DNA of 63,866 bases, filler included, from Octopus bimaculoides (taxonomy: Eukaryota), in assembly GCF_001194135.2 (NCBI RefSeq). It is 5 parts of 5 records of this genome, joined end to end, with 100 filler letters (N's around TTAATTAATTAA, not from the genome) between each part and the next. Parts side by side here need not be neighbours in the genome. Positions count along the whole stretch, not along the records: positions 37,803 to 53,138 come from NC_068987.1; 4 more parts are not named here. One strand, 5' to 3'. Positions 38,561 to 52,399 of the stretch are shown here, piece after piece. The notes beneath the pieces were generated by a model. That model worked only from the letters and a program-made list of their open reading frames with translations, searched no databases and was not told the origin of the DNA. The position numbers and the translations under genes were made by a program. The number at the start of each line of letters is the position of its first letter. The stretch's first letter is position 1.

Positions 38561-38699
38561 TGCAATTTGTTAAACTTGTGTATGTGTGTGTGTGTGTGCA
38601 CGCGTGTATAAGTATATGTGGATATATACACGATTATACACAAACATATAGGTATATGTATGTATGATGTGTATATGTATGTATGTGTGTCTCTTCTAT

Positions 38700-40245
38700 A
38701 TTTTAATTATTATAAATCTTCCACTGAGGAAAGAGCCAGTTTCGAAAAAAGATACTAAGCTCCGTCTTTGCGATGTAGTTAACACAGACAATTTCACATT
38801 TGGAACTTGAGAAAAGTCTTGCACATTTTTACTGCTCCACTCAAAAATTTCACTTGTAATGTACGAATTAGCCGGTCGATTTCTCTTTCTGAAAATCACA
38901 GTTTATTCAGATTCTCCCTTAAGCATTTACTAATAAAATCTAATGTTCTAATTATTACTGGTATGAATATGAATTCATATTCAGGATATAGAAGTTATAG
39001 GTTTCCAAGCAATTGTCTATAGATATCCTCTTTTTCTTTGATATGCGAAGAGATATTTATATCTGCAGGGCAGCTGACTTCTATGATTGTACTTACCTAT
39101 GCCCCTCTGCCCCAAACAACAATATCTGGCCTGTTATGCTTACATTTGACAGACGTTTTGGTGGGAATATTCTACCAGTATTCCTTGAGTTGGTGTTTAT
39201 GAATGTATTCCATAGCAAAGGGATTTTTGAAGTTTATGTCAGGACAGTATTTTTCTGCAGATGGCATTGTAAGATATTTTAGCGACAATATGTGCCGCAT
39301 AGGGAAATAGTACCGTGACGACATTTTAGGACAGTTGCTAATCATATGCGTAATGTCTTCTACAGAAACATGACATAACATGCATATGCGGTCGCACCTT
39401 GGGATTGCAAGAGCATCACCGTCTCTCTTGTTCAACAGGTACTTTGTGGCAATCTCCTGTTTCTAAATTGCAAACGCATAGCCTTCAAAGTGTGTTGTGA
39501 TTTAGAGGTCTTGTGTCCAAGAGTGGTTTCTACGAGTTTCTGGGCAACATAACCATGCATAGTCTTTTTTGAATGCTCTCCATCGAAGTCTTCTCTGAAG
39601 TAAGAGAGCCCAGCTGTTTTGGGGCTGTATAGCAGATCATCAGGAAGAGAGTGATTCTTGAGGAGCTCACTACCAACTCGTACAATGTTCCTCCCTTCAT
39701 TTTTCAGCACTACATTTAAATATTTAATTTTGCTGCTGTTGTTCAGCAGGTGCTGCCTGAGCGATACCATATGGGGTTCGAAGTTCGTCTCCACTGATCG
39801 CAAGCCTCTACCACCTTCATTTCTTCTTAGGTAGAGTCTATCAACATTACTGTTTCTGTGGGAAGTTCCAAGTTATTGTCAGGATTTTGCGGGTTTTGAT
39901 ATCTACGGAGTGGATTTCTTCTACAGACTAATCAAGTCTCCCCAATGTTGGGATCTGTACTGGTACTGCAAATGCATTGTGGGATATTGTTTTGTTGCAA
40001 AAGGCAAGTTCCGACTGCCACATTTTCCTATGTCTGGTGTAATATTCTTGGGTAACTCTATCTTCATTCACAGTGCCTTCATATGATACATTTTCATGTA
40101 TGCCTAAGTGCTTGTAACATTTTGTGTGTGGAATGGGGGAGATAGAGAGACTGTTGATGCACAGGTTTTGGGTTTGGAGGACTGACTTTCTTCGTTCTGT
40201 AATTAAATATGAACATATTTTTTGGCAAAATTCCATGCCTACATG
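38700..40245 (-). mobile_element. 5'-truncated R4/Dong-type LINE: RT thumb, CCHC knuckle, restriction-like endonuclease, 3' end
   Basis: CYKHLGIHE, RNEGGRGLRSVE, C..C.HVSVEDITHMISNCPKMSSRYYFPMRH, KHNRPDIVVW..IIEVSCPADINI..KEKEDIY, GAVKMCKTFLKFQM* (stop ~38804), and a short TAA-rich tail at ~38700. Confidence 0.9.
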
Positions 40246-41306
40246 AAAACATTGAAAACTGAAAACGTTGTAATTAATTCCAGTTGTTTTTTTTTGACAC
40301 TGTTAACACTTTTAGCATAAATCTTGAGGTCATCTACAAAGAAGCCCAAACGCAAACCTGGAAGTCCAGAGTGAAATCTGACGGTGGACGAACATTATAC
40401 TATATAATAACAATCTATCTATCTGTCCGTCTGTTTGTATGTATGCATGTATGTATATATATATATATATATATATNNNNNNNNNNNNNNNNNNNNNNNN
40501 NNNNNNNNNNNNNNNNNNNNNNNNNNNNNNNNNNNNNNNNNNNNNNNNNNNNNNNNNNNNNNNNNNNNNNNNNNNNNNNNNNNNNNNNNNNNNNNNNNNN
40601 NNNNNNNNNNNNNNNNNNNNNNNNNNNNNNNNNNNNNNNNNNNNNNNNNNNNNNNNNNNNNNNNNNNNNNNNNNNNNNNNNNNNNNNNNNNNNNNNNNNN
40701 NNNNNNNNNNNNNNNNNNNNNNNNNNNNNNNNNNNNNNNNNNNNNNNNNNNNNNNNNNNNNNNNNNNNNNNNNNNNNNNNNNNNNNNNNNNNNNNNNNNN
40801 NNNNNNNNNNNNNNNNNNNNNNNNNNNNNNNNNNNNNNNNNNNNNNNNNNNNNNNNNNNNNNNNNNNNNNNNNNNNNNNNNNNNNNNNNNNNNNNNNNNN
40901 NNNNNNNNNNNNNNNNNNNNNNNNNNNNNNNNNNNNNNNNNNNNNNNNNNNNNNNNNNNTCTTGCGGTTTAGCTATCCACCTTAGAGGTATTACTAAAAA
41001 TATAGATATATAGGGCAGGGAATCGTTAATTAGTAATAAAATTAATAATTAACAATTTTGCCGGGTAGCTCAGTATCAAAAAACCTTATCGGTAAAACCA
41101 TTTATAATCATAAATATATAGGGATTAGCAGTATCCTGCTTCTCCAACATACTGAGAATTCAGAAATAGCAGCCAAATAACTACTGATTCCAAAACTACA
41201 AATTTTTCTCTAATTGATAGCGATATTTATGGTACACACAGAACAAAAAACAGAAGAGAAGAGTAAGAAAACAAACCTGCCTTTAGTTAATTGGGTACGA
41301 CGTTTC

Positions 41307-41373
<67 letters not shown>

Positions 41374-41519
41374 CATGTATAAATATATATATGTGTGTGT
41401 TTGTGTATATATATGCATATATATGATCGAAAACAGATTTATATGCATATATAAGCAAACGCACGCACACAAACACACACACATACACACACACACACAC
41501 ACACGCATACACCCATATA

Positions 41520-41800
41520 CCTTGAACTACATCGAAAGCTATCCATTCATCCTACCAATTTCACCAACACTTTAATTACAAATATATCTTGACAACTCAG
41601 TCAAAGAATAGATTTTCAACACCCACTCGAACCTCGATGCATTAACTAAAAGTGGTTTCCATGAGAAATTTAATAATATCAACCAGGAGAATAGAACTAG
41701 CAACTCTCACCTAAAACTATTTACGCTCACAATCCAAATTCATACGGTATTCTATGTTTAACGCTAATTCGTTCGACGAAAACTAGCTTCTACTAAAATT
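41520..41800 (+). mobile_element. Short Penelope-like element remnant
   Basis: SIHPTNFTNTLITNIS*QLSQ and frameshifted DALTKSGFHEKF resemble the PLE SNHPP.I...I..RIS and YN.AL..SGF.EK motifs. Confidence 0.5.
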
Positions 41801-42130
41801 AGTCTCTTTTAAAGTAACCAAAATATACATGCACTTTTTTAACTGGGACATCAATCTTATTTCAGCAGCTTAGACATGGCTCTGTGGTAAAAAGTTTGCT
41901 CCTTACTAATCATATTGTTTTAGATTCAGTCTTACTACTAGTATATCTCCGGGCCCAACAAAGCTTTGTGAGCGGATTTTGAGAGACGGAAAATGAAGTA
42001 TGCATATATANNNNNNNNNNNNNNNNNNNNNNNNNNNNNNNNNNNNNNNNNNNNNNNNNNNNNNNNNNNNNNNNNNNNNNNNNNNNNNNNNNNNNNNNNN
42101 NNNNNNNNNNNNNNNNNNNNNNNNNNNNNN

Positions 42131-42163
<33 letters not shown>

Positions 42164-43735
42164 TATATAATATTTGTAAACAAACCCGGAAGCTTGATAG
42201 GTTACGGAGAAAAGACGACTATGAAAATCTTGTATACAATAATATCGAAAATTTACTATAGGAATTTGTCTTTGACTTAACAATGTGTTGAAGTATTTAT
42301 CTATGTCCCTGTCTTCCGATGTATATATCTGTATACTCTGAAAATACTGATAAACATTTAAAAACACAGTCGCCCCTATTTCTCTCTTTTTCTCTCTCTT
42401 TATTTCTCTCTCTTTATTTCTCTCTCTCTCCCTCTCCCTTCAAGTCTTTGATTTATTTTTTACCTCTTCCTTTTAACTAAGCGTGACATACATGTCAGGG
42501 ACGTGCATACATACGTAGTTATTAGCATATTAGCATCATATTATATATATTATATGAAGAGCGTAACGAACGAACTAAGTAACTAAGGAAGGAACAAGGA
42601 GAATTATAATATGATATACTCATCATTTTATTAATTACTTTACTGTGAAATAGAAAGGTACCCTAAGAAGACTTGCACGTAACTAATAGAAAGGTACAAA
42701 GTCACCCATCTGTTGAAAAAAAGGATTGTCGGCCCTAATGTGTGACATTTATTTAAGAAATGAAGGAACTGAACAAACATCGTCATGGGAACATCAAATG
42801 AAGCCAACAAGATTCTTTGTGCCACACTATGTTCTAGAAATAGTAGTCAAATCACTCTAATACTATCTTTAAAATAGTGAAAAAAAAAAGGTATTAGTCT
42901 TATGTACATGAAACAAGGCGGGATGGTTTCAACTGGAATGCATTTGGTTGTGTACCTCCTGCAAGAGCTGGTATTTTATTATATCTATTCCATAAGGATG
43001 AAAGACGAAGTCGATGCTTAGAACTGTGAATAACAAAACGAAATATCGAGATTTGAACTCAGAGTGTAATGTCATGTAGCGAAACACTCTAAATATTTGG
43101 TTACGCCTCTTTACATCCTTAGGTGACTGTCTACAACTATATATCAATGATTTTATCGCTTATACTACGCATTGATGAGCTGTTGAAGACATCTGTCTGT
43201 TCGCTTAACCTACTAAAAGTAAGACCCAAATTCTCCCTTCAATCACACGTTTCTACCTTACAAATATATGGGAATTGACACTATCCTAGTTATACTGTGT
43301 ATGTAAAATAAAAATAAAAACGGAATTGTGTAACAACAGTAATGTCTTGCAGTATAATTCTGCAAGATCAGCGAAGAAGATGAAGTACTTCATGTAGCAC
43401 TGTAATGTTGATATATATTTAGTTAGCACGCTTTATATTTCTGTATACCTCGCTTTCCTTGTTTTGTGCCAAAACATATTGAAAAAAATTGACACATCAA
43501 CAAAATTAATTCAACTCTAAATATGAAGGAGAGGTAATCTTGGCGGAAGAACGAAGGTGAACTTCTATGGTCACTTGATTTACTGGAAATAGCAACCAAG
43601 GTCAAACTATACTGTGTTTAAAACGTGAAATGACACTGATGAGTAATATAATCCCATTTACTTCCTATTTTTACCTAGCATCGATTACATGGCGTACCTA
43701 GATTATCCAAAGAATCCTACCCTTTTGTGTTTTAG

Positions 43736-43821
43736 ACTGATTCCAGTGGTTTGACTACCGCCAGGTTCATTCCTTGTTACGGTGTGGTGGCTTGTGCACA
43801 TCAGTGGAATGACCCTGAGAG
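43736..43821 (+). CDS. Candidate internal exon (TDSSGLTTARFIPCYGVVACAHQWNDPE), unidentified protein
   Basis: cccttttgtgttttag acceptor and GAG|gtatga donor; only the phase-0 frame is open; visibly GC-richer than its flanks. Confidence 0.3.
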
Positions 43822-45299
43822 GTATGACAGCAGAGCGCAAGCTCCTGATAGAGTCACCCATTATGGATAAAAAAACAGAGGGCAAATTAATATGAACCAC
43901 CTTTTCCAAGAAGTAGAAATGGGTTTGCGTAGGCCAACGTCCTTATCTAAAAACAAAGTTATTGAAGCATCGACGACAATTCAAAACTAACAAGAATTGG
44001 GAAGTGAAAGAAGCAAACAAAAAACAGAAAAAAAAAGCCCAGAGTCGAGAATATTGCAGAAAAGTTGTCAATGTCCGATGATCGGTAAGGAGCGAAGGGT
44101 ATAGTTAAGTGTAAGAGGGTGAGATTTGAAGGAGATTTGACTACAAATTTAAGTTGGAACGATAACTTAGAGAACCCCCTCACAATCTACAAATGACAAC
44201 ATGACACTTGTGTTACTTCACTGTCCCCACTTATATATTCAGTAAGGAATGACACTGTAATACTTGTTTCAGTTGATTCACAACCACTACATTGCCAGCT
44301 CGCTAGATATGTGTGATGCATTACATATATAGTGATTATGGATTGATCTATGTTACTCATACCTTGTAAGAAATGTGTATTACAACTCAAGGGAAATACA
44401 AATGGATAACTAGAAATATAATACATTCGATTCAATTTAGAATTCCAGAAAAGGAAGAAAAAAGGATAAACAAAACTGAGAATACACGTTCGTTTATTTT
44501 GAATGTATTTCTTCCGAATGCTAAAATTACTTTTCTAAAACGTAAGAATAAAATTTATTTTAAAATTTGTTCTGAAATGAATATATAATAACTATGATGA
44601 TAGCAAAATGACGATGTTGGCACTGATGATGATGGTCAGGTTGGTGTTGACGATGGTGGTGAAAATGATTATACAAGACAAAAATATCCAGATAAAACCT
44701 ATATGGTATAGATTACTGAAAATATCCATATTAATTTCCAGAGAGGCATTATTATTTACTTCTAAATCCAGTTTGTAACATCCCAAAGTTGACTTAAAGG
44801 ATTGAATGTGTGAATAAGTATGTGTACGTATGTGTGCGGTTAATCCCATGCTCACATATACATACACATACGCACACACAAATATATACGTCGATTCACA
44901 TATTTTGTATGCATATGCTTATATATATATATATATACATACCTTTGCATATGTGTGCGTATGAATGTGTATTCGTATGCAGATTTATATATGTGTGTGT
45001 ATGTGCATTGTATGTTCAAAATAGACAAACGCACACACACGTTTATATGAAACTAATTTAAATATGCCTCCCATGTGTCATAAATTGAAAATGATATGCA
45101 GCTGCGCCCCGCATTCAATATGACGTCAGGTTCCTATAATAACGAAACGTATAAGGCTGGGAGCTTCAATTTCATTCAAAGTTTTAAAAGTTATATTTTG
45201 TCTGCTAAATGACATATATTAGACGTTTTAGCATTGTAACTGGGGTGTTGCATTTATACATGAATTTTCTGGTTCTTTTTCATAGAATATAATTTGTTT

Positions 45300-45980
45300 C
45301 CGATTTAGACAGAAGGCAAGACATTTTTAATGAGAAGATAAGCCAATAAAATCGACCACAGTACTCTGTTACATTATTTTATCGAAGACCTGGTGGGATA
45401 AAAATCAACGTTGTCTTTGTCAGAGCTTGAATTCAGAATATACCGACCTAGAAGAAATGCTAAAGGCGTTTTGTCCAGCCATCTGACGAATTTACTTGAC
45501 CGCATATTTTTTTTACCAATGCTTAAGTTGATAGGTGTTATTTGGACTGTGGGTTGGTAGATACCTTATAGCGTCTGAAATATTGCTTTGCGGTGTTTGA
45601 TCCGGTTCTTTACCTTCTTAGTTCAAATATCGTCAAAGTCAACTTTGTATTTTATCTCTGAAAGGTCAATAAAATCAAGTACCAGTAAAATACTGAGGTC
45701 GATGTAATCGACTTACACCTCATCAAAATTACTGGCCTTGTACCGAAAGCAAAACAATTGTTAAAATCCACTGCGGCCTGGTGGATTCGTTAGTTTATCG
45801 GAAAAAATACTCAGTGACATATCTTCCAATACTTTACGTACTAAGTTCAAATTCCACTGAAGTCAATTTCCAGGGTTCATAAAATAAGTACCAGTGGAGC
45901 ACAGAAGTTGATGTAATCGGCTAACACCTTGCCCATAAAATTGCCGGGCTTATGTGAAAAAAATGAGACCATTAATAGGT
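45300..45980. mobile_element. Cluster of three decayed SINE family C copies (one minus, two plus in tandem)
   Basis: Repeated aaaataagtaccagt...gatgtaatcg motifs at ~45670-45715 and ~45880-45920; reverse-complement copy at 45300-45500. Confidence 0.65.
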
Positions 45981-46130
45981 GCTGCTATCAAAGATGTGAT
46001 ACAATTGAAATGTCCTCGCAGGTACGGTAGCAGTTTTCATGTTGAGTATCCTCACTGAAATCAGGTCTGTCTGTATAGTGTTATGGTAGTCATCTGAATG
46101 AATGTTATCTTTTATCTACAGATTCCGTTG

Positions 46131-46524
46131 CGGAGGCGCAATGACCCAGTGGTTAGAGCAGTGGACTCGCGGTCATAGGATCGCGGTTTTGATTCCTAGA
46201 CCGGGCGTTCTGAGTGTTTATTGAGCGAAAACACCTAAAGCTCCACGAAGCTCCGGCAGGGGATGGTTGCGAACCCTGCTGCACTCTTTCACCACAACTT
46301 TCTCTCACTCTTACTTCCTGTTTCTTCCTGTTTCACTTGTACTTGTGTTTCAAAGGGTCAGCCTTGTCACACTGTGTCACGTTGAATAACCCTGAGAACT
46401 ACGTTAAGGGTACACGTGTCTGTGGAGTGCTCAGCCACTTGCACGTTAATTTCACGAGCAGGCTGTTCCGTTGATCGGATCAACTGGAACCCTCGACGTC
46501 GTAAACGACGGAGTGCTAACAACA
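46131..46524 (+). mobile_element. Full-length SINE family A with 13-bp TSD
   Basis: TSD acagattccgttg at 46118-46130 and 46525-46537. Confidence 0.93.
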
Positions 46525-47402
46525 ACAGATTCCGTTGTCTAGTCGTGGACCATACTAAAATGCAAGGATTAATTGTATACAATAAAACACTTTTGATTTC
46601 TGAGTATGTTGTACTTTATCTACTGAATTTGGAACCTAATTAACATGCATGTAGCATAATTAACATGCCAAAACCTGTAATTAACGCAGGAACTGTTAAT
46701 CCATTAGTCTAGCACTTTCTCATCTGAACTATTTCAGCTACCTTTATTAATTAGTAAAAATGTATTTAATGCCATGACACTGACAATATTTTAAAAAGAA
46801 TATACCAAAGAAAATACGTTTAATAAATGGATAGAGAATAAAAACTGATTCCAGACTAAAGCCAATTTAATATTTAATAAGTTTATCGTGAATTTATGAA
46901 ACCTTACTCCTTACGTTATTTTATACCTTTTATTTACATATATTTTTATTAGCAACTTTTATTTAGACATTTTATTTTTATTTACATCATTCATTTTTCT
47001 GAAATCTATATATTTATATAAATAATAAAATACAGTTATAACACATTTTTTGAAGCCAACAACGTATAGTATCAGGCATGTCAGTGTTTGGTATACGCAT
47101 GCAGGAATTCATTTGTCGTTCAACTTGCAGAAATTAGCCACCGAAATTTTCATAAATTACATTTCTAGATTAATTCGGGATTAAACTATGCAATTCCAAA
47201 TATATACACAACAGCATTGCATCACGATGTTTTGATTTTAACTCTTTTTGGACTACATAAAAGCATCAAAAATTTATTTCTAGTTGAAGAATAAAGATCC
47301 TTGCGAAAGCTCATGAAGATCGAAGCATAAAAGCTAAATTTGAATTAAATCAGATTATGTCCTCTTAATAGGGAATGATCCATTGGATAATAATGTAACC
47401 CC

Positions 47403-47485
<83 letters not shown>

Positions 47486-47614
47486 CATCCATGTACATAC
47501 CTATATGCATATGCATATTTATAAACGGATATATAACTATTCACACACATATACATTCATATACACATTTAGATATATGTTTTTGAGTCTGTGTGCGCAT
47601 CTGTTTCTGTAAAA

Positions 47615-47640
47615 TACGAGGGGTGTTCATTAAAGATCTC
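47615..47640 (+). mobile_element. Solo mariner-like TIR tip
   Basis: TA-CGAGGGGTGTTCATTAAAG resembles the TIR at 19192; no partner found. Confidence 0.4.
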
Positions 47641-47859
47641 CCCTGACCCACTTTCCAAGGATTGGGATAACGAAACTAATCAGTCCTCTATATAACCACG
47701 ACCATACGCATATATCATCATATTCTTGTTCCTCATATGTATATTTATCGCATACTATATAATATAAGATGCTGCTGAAACTATAGTCGTGTAGCATTTG
47801 TTATCGTATCAAAATCACTCCAGTAATTGTTGATATGGAACGACGTGTATCGGAATTAT

Positions 47860-48010
47860 TGGTTTCAATCGTTGGCACAAAGTCAGCAACTTTTAGGGGA
47901 GGGGTAAGTCAATTACATAAACCCCAGTGTTCAACTGGTACTCTTTTAATAGATCTCGGAAGGATGAAAGGCAATGTCAATCTCGATGGAATTCAAACCT
48001 AGAGCGTAAA
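47860..48010 (-). mobile_element. SINE family C fragment
   Basis: Reverse complement of cctttcatcctt.cgag...aagagtaccagttgaacactggggt. Confidence 0.65.
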
Positions 48011-49204
48011 AGTGTATCTGAAATATTGATTAGGAAATTTTTATTTCTTAGTAATTTTTCCTTCGTATGTTCTATGCAATCTGTACGCGTGCATATATAT
48101 ATTTATATGTGGGTATGCGTGTGTGAGATACTTAGACAATCTTGTATAGGTTTCGTTAACACGAGGAATTCTTAGTTACATAATATAAATTACAAATTCA
48201 ACTCTTATGAGCATATCGTAATACACGTTATTATTAGATTGTAGAAATGTCGGCAGGATCTCTGTTGTTTGTTTTACTTTCTACATGTACTCTATAAAAT
48301 ACCCAAGATGCAATTCATAAAAAAATTATACAAATACAGCCACGTGAACGGGAGTATACATGGAGTTCTTAGTACTGGTTACTTGTGTAATTTTGCACTA
48401 CATATAAACACATGTATATAAATGGTAGCGATCACTAATATCGGCGTTAAGAGTAATTCTTAGTTTAGACAAATAAAATAAAATGCAAAAATTGCCATCT
48501 GAATAAGTTGAATAACCCACGGATTAAGAAAGGTTAAGCATATGCACCCATTAATCATATTTACTTGAGATGAATACAAAATCGGTGTATTGTCAATGTT
48601 GATTAAGAGCTTCGTTGAATTGTGTATGCGGGAGTGAGGGAAATTCTATTTGCATTTGATGTTACGTAGCCTGGTGGTTATGACATTTACCACCTCTCGC
48701 TTGCAATGTCATTTTCATATTCCAAAGAAAACAAAAAGAAAACAATTATATTTAAAATTGAAGTATCTCGGAAAATCTGGTAAAAGAAGTCATAACCAAC
48801 AGAACCAACATAAATAATTTATTCAAATAAGATGCTGTTTTCGGGAACGTGATATAGTGAATGAACATAATAATGAATAGATACATTTAATAAAAACCGT
48901 AAACATATGTAGTAGATCGGGTGCAGTGGGTTGGAATGACACGAGTATATCACTGATATATACTTTAATGTATAATTATTAAAATAAGATATGATGGAAC
49001 ATGAAAACGTTTAGGACTGTTGCTTTCAAATGGGTGAGAGACCACTGTCCTGGATATTTTAGAACATCTTTCGTCTCTGAATCCCACTACTGCACCTAGT
49101 GATACAGAATTCGCATACAGAGATGCTCGTTATCATTATATTTTGTTTAGTAGATTGGGGGAGATAATAACCTAAGCCATCAACCTGCATTTGCTTCAAG
49201 ATAT

Positions 49205-49695
49205 ATTCTTTCGTTTGAATGGAATACATTTTAGTACTGTTCTCTGTAGTTCAGGATCGATTACACAGGATAAAATAGTTAGGAATACCTGCATTCATGC
49301 ACTTGTGTTTCAATATTTGGGGCGGAGAAATTCAAGTGCAACAGGCCATTTCGCTGAACTCTTCCTCAGCAGCCTCAACTTGTGACAGCTCCACTATGGT
49401 TTTATGAGTTTGGGACGTCTTAGGTCCTGCAAGTCCATTTGGACCACTCCCTACCATATGTTTTTTGTGACAACTACGCTAACAATACACTCGAACAGAA
49501 ATACAAAGGTGACGACCAGCCACGATCAACACCGTTTCCAGAATACTTGGCAGTTACCTTTACAATTATGCTTCCCCAAGTACTGGAGCGCAAGTTTATG
49601 GGTGGAAGTATGTCTAACTATTTTAGCTTGTGTCCACGATCCTGACAATACAGACGACCGTTTCATAATATTTACTATACTGAATCGAAAGAATT
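49205..49695. repeat. Diverged inverted duplication (arms ~49205-49350 and ~49545-49695)
   Basis: 49251-49322 aligns gap-free to the reverse complement of 49574-49645 with 54/72 identities. Confidence 0.8.
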
Positions 49696-51230
49696 TGTAC
49701 TGATATTTGATGGAATGCTTCTTGAAACTGCCGTTTCGACGGGAGGTGTGATCAACGTTATAATTGCTACATCCATTATTTTTTGCGACTAGCATAATTT
49801 GCTTTGTGTAAATGTTGCCACTAGTATTGTTGTCCTTGTTACTACTATCGCTAAAAATATTTAAAGTGCGGTTCTCCGTAACATAGCCACAAGTTTGCTC
49901 CTTACTCTAAAATCTCCGCGATGGTAATTAATCAGTTACAGATATATGTTTTCTTCATCACAAATCACAAGCTTTAATGCACTAAATAATTCTAAATACA
50001 ATACAGAAATACAGTCTGAAGCAGCCCTTCCACAAATAACAAATTTACTGGTATCAATTTAAGGAGTCATACTTCAAATTCATGCTTAGTGAGATATGAC
50101 GATGACGGTGGTAACTATCCCTACTTAAACAATTGCTTCCTATTTCCAAGAAAGAATCTGATTGTAAGATATTATTCACCTCTGTCTTCTTTCCTTTAGT
50201 TATCACTCTTGTTTTTCGTCTCAGCTTCGATCATAAATATATTGCATGGATAACTTGACACGAATGTAGAAAATGTACAGTCCCCATTATGTTTATATAT
50301 ATANNNNNNNNNNNNNNNNNNNNNNNNNNNNNNNNNNNNNNNNNNNNNNNNNNNNNNNNNNNNNNNNNNNNNNNNNNNNNNNNNNNNNNNNNNNNNNNNN
50401 NNNNNNNNNNNNNNNNNNNNNNNNNNNNNNNNNNNNNNNNNNNNNNNNNNNNNNNNNNNNNNNNNNNNNNNNNNNNNNNNNNNNNNNNNNNNNNNNNNNN
50501 NNNNNNNNNNNNNNNNNNNNNNNNNNNNNNNNNNNNNNNNNNNNNNNNNNNNNNNNNNNNNNNNNNNNNNNNNNNNNNNNNNNNNNNNNNNNNNNNNNNN
50601 NNNNNNNNNNNNNNNNNNNNNNNNNNNNNNNNNNNNNNNNNNNNNNNNNNNNNNNNNTATATATATATATATATATATATATGAGGAAAAGAGATGACAT
50701 AGGGAAAACGATGGCTATGTTATAAACTTATTAGCTTACAGATGTTTCTTCTATAAAATACAGTGGAGTCGTAGTTGAGTGCATGAATAACCTCCTATAG
50801 ATATATCAGACACTCGAATATGAGGTGCAATGTATTCGGGAAGAAAGAATTACATTTGGGAAATATTCATGTATGTGTGTGTGTTTATATATATGTATAC
50901 GGGCACACATGAATGTGTATGTGTATGTAGATATGTATATGTATGTATGTGTGGATATGTATGTATGCGTATCTGTGCATCTAATTGTATACATGTCTCT
51001 CTTTATCAACGTATATATGTATATATCTGTATACATATGTATGTATGTATGTATGTATGTATATGTGTGCATGTATATATATATGTGTGCGTGTGTGTGT
51101 GTCTATAAATGAATACATATGTGTGTATATATATATATTCACATATGTATGTATGTTGTACGTATACTTGTATGTGCATGCATCTGCGTGTTTGTGTGTT
51201 TGCATATTTACATGTATATATGTATGTATA

Positions 51231-51266
<36 letters not shown>

Positions 51267-52227
51267 NNNNNNNNNNNNNNNNNNNNNNNNNNNNNNNNNN
51301 NNNNNNNNNNNNNNNNNNNNNNNNNNNNNNNNNNNNNNNNNNNNNNNNNNNNNNNNNNNNNNNNNNNNNNNNNNNNNNNNNNNNNNNNNNNNNNNNNNNN
51401 NNNNNNNNNNNNNNNNNNNNNNNNNNNNNNNNNNNNNNNNNNNNNNNNNNNNNNNNNNNNNNNNNNNNNNNNNNNNNNNNNNNNNNNNNNNNNNNNNNNN
51501 NNNNNNNNNNNNNNNNNNNNNNNNNNNNNNNNNNNNNNNNNNNNNNNNNNNNNNNNNNNNNNNNNNNNNNNNNNNNNNNNNNNNNNNNNNNNNNNNNNNN
51601 NNNNNNNNNNNNNNNNNNNNNNNNNNNNNNNNNNNNNNNNNNNNNNNNNNNNNNNNNNNNNNNNNNNNNNNNNNNNNNNNNNNNNNNNNNNNNNNNNNNN
51701 NNNNNNNNNNNNNNNNNNNNNNNNNNNNNNNNNNNNNNNNNNNNNNNNNNNNNNNNNNNNNNNNNNNNNNNNNNNNNNNNNNNNNNNNNNNNNNNNNNNN
51801 NNNNNNNNNNNNNNNNNNNNNNNNNNNNNNNNNNNNNNNNNNNNNNNNNNNNNNNNNNNNNNNNNNNNNNNNNNNNNNNNNNNNNNNNNNNNNNNNNNNN
51901 NNNNNNNNNNNNNNNNNNNNNNNNNNNNNNNNNNNNNNNNNNNNNNNNNNNNNNNNNNNNNNNNNNNNNNNNNNNNNNNNNNNNNNNNNNNNNNNNNNNN
52001 NNNNNNNNNNNNNATATATATATATATATATATACAAGGAATAAAAATGTTCTAGGTTTTTGCTTCACGAATGACACGTCGCTCATTCGTTATGTTATGG
52101 CGACACCGATCCATTTTCTCGGACCATAGCTTGATAGAACTGACAGTGTATGGGCCGCAGAAAACTGGAGACATGCAGGGAACAAGACGCAACCAACCCT
52201 TTCTAGCCTGAATTTTCATAAAAGGTC

Positions 52228-52399
52228 ATGGAACAAAACTGGCCTACCTCTCTCTCTCCCTCTCTTTTCCTCTTCCTCTCTTTTTTGACATAAAGCTACA
52301 ACACTTTAAAACAATCATGTATGACATATGAGGTAAATTTGCTTCTGAGAGAATGCCAAACCGACCGAAAACATGAGAGGTAGGTCAGTTTTGTTCCAT
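52228..52399. mobile_element. 172-bp MITE with 25-bp terminal inverted repeats
   Basis: atggaacaaaactggcctacctctc (52228-52252) vs reverse complement of 52375-52399, 24/25 identical. Confidence 0.8.

Noticed and set aside
49191-49703. Aligned TGG/TGA codons suggesting a TGA=Trp (mitochondrial or bacterial) code
   Set aside because: They arise in the antisense frame sharing third positions with a stop-free frame. TAA and TAG stops also occur, and no mitochondrial gene is recognisable.
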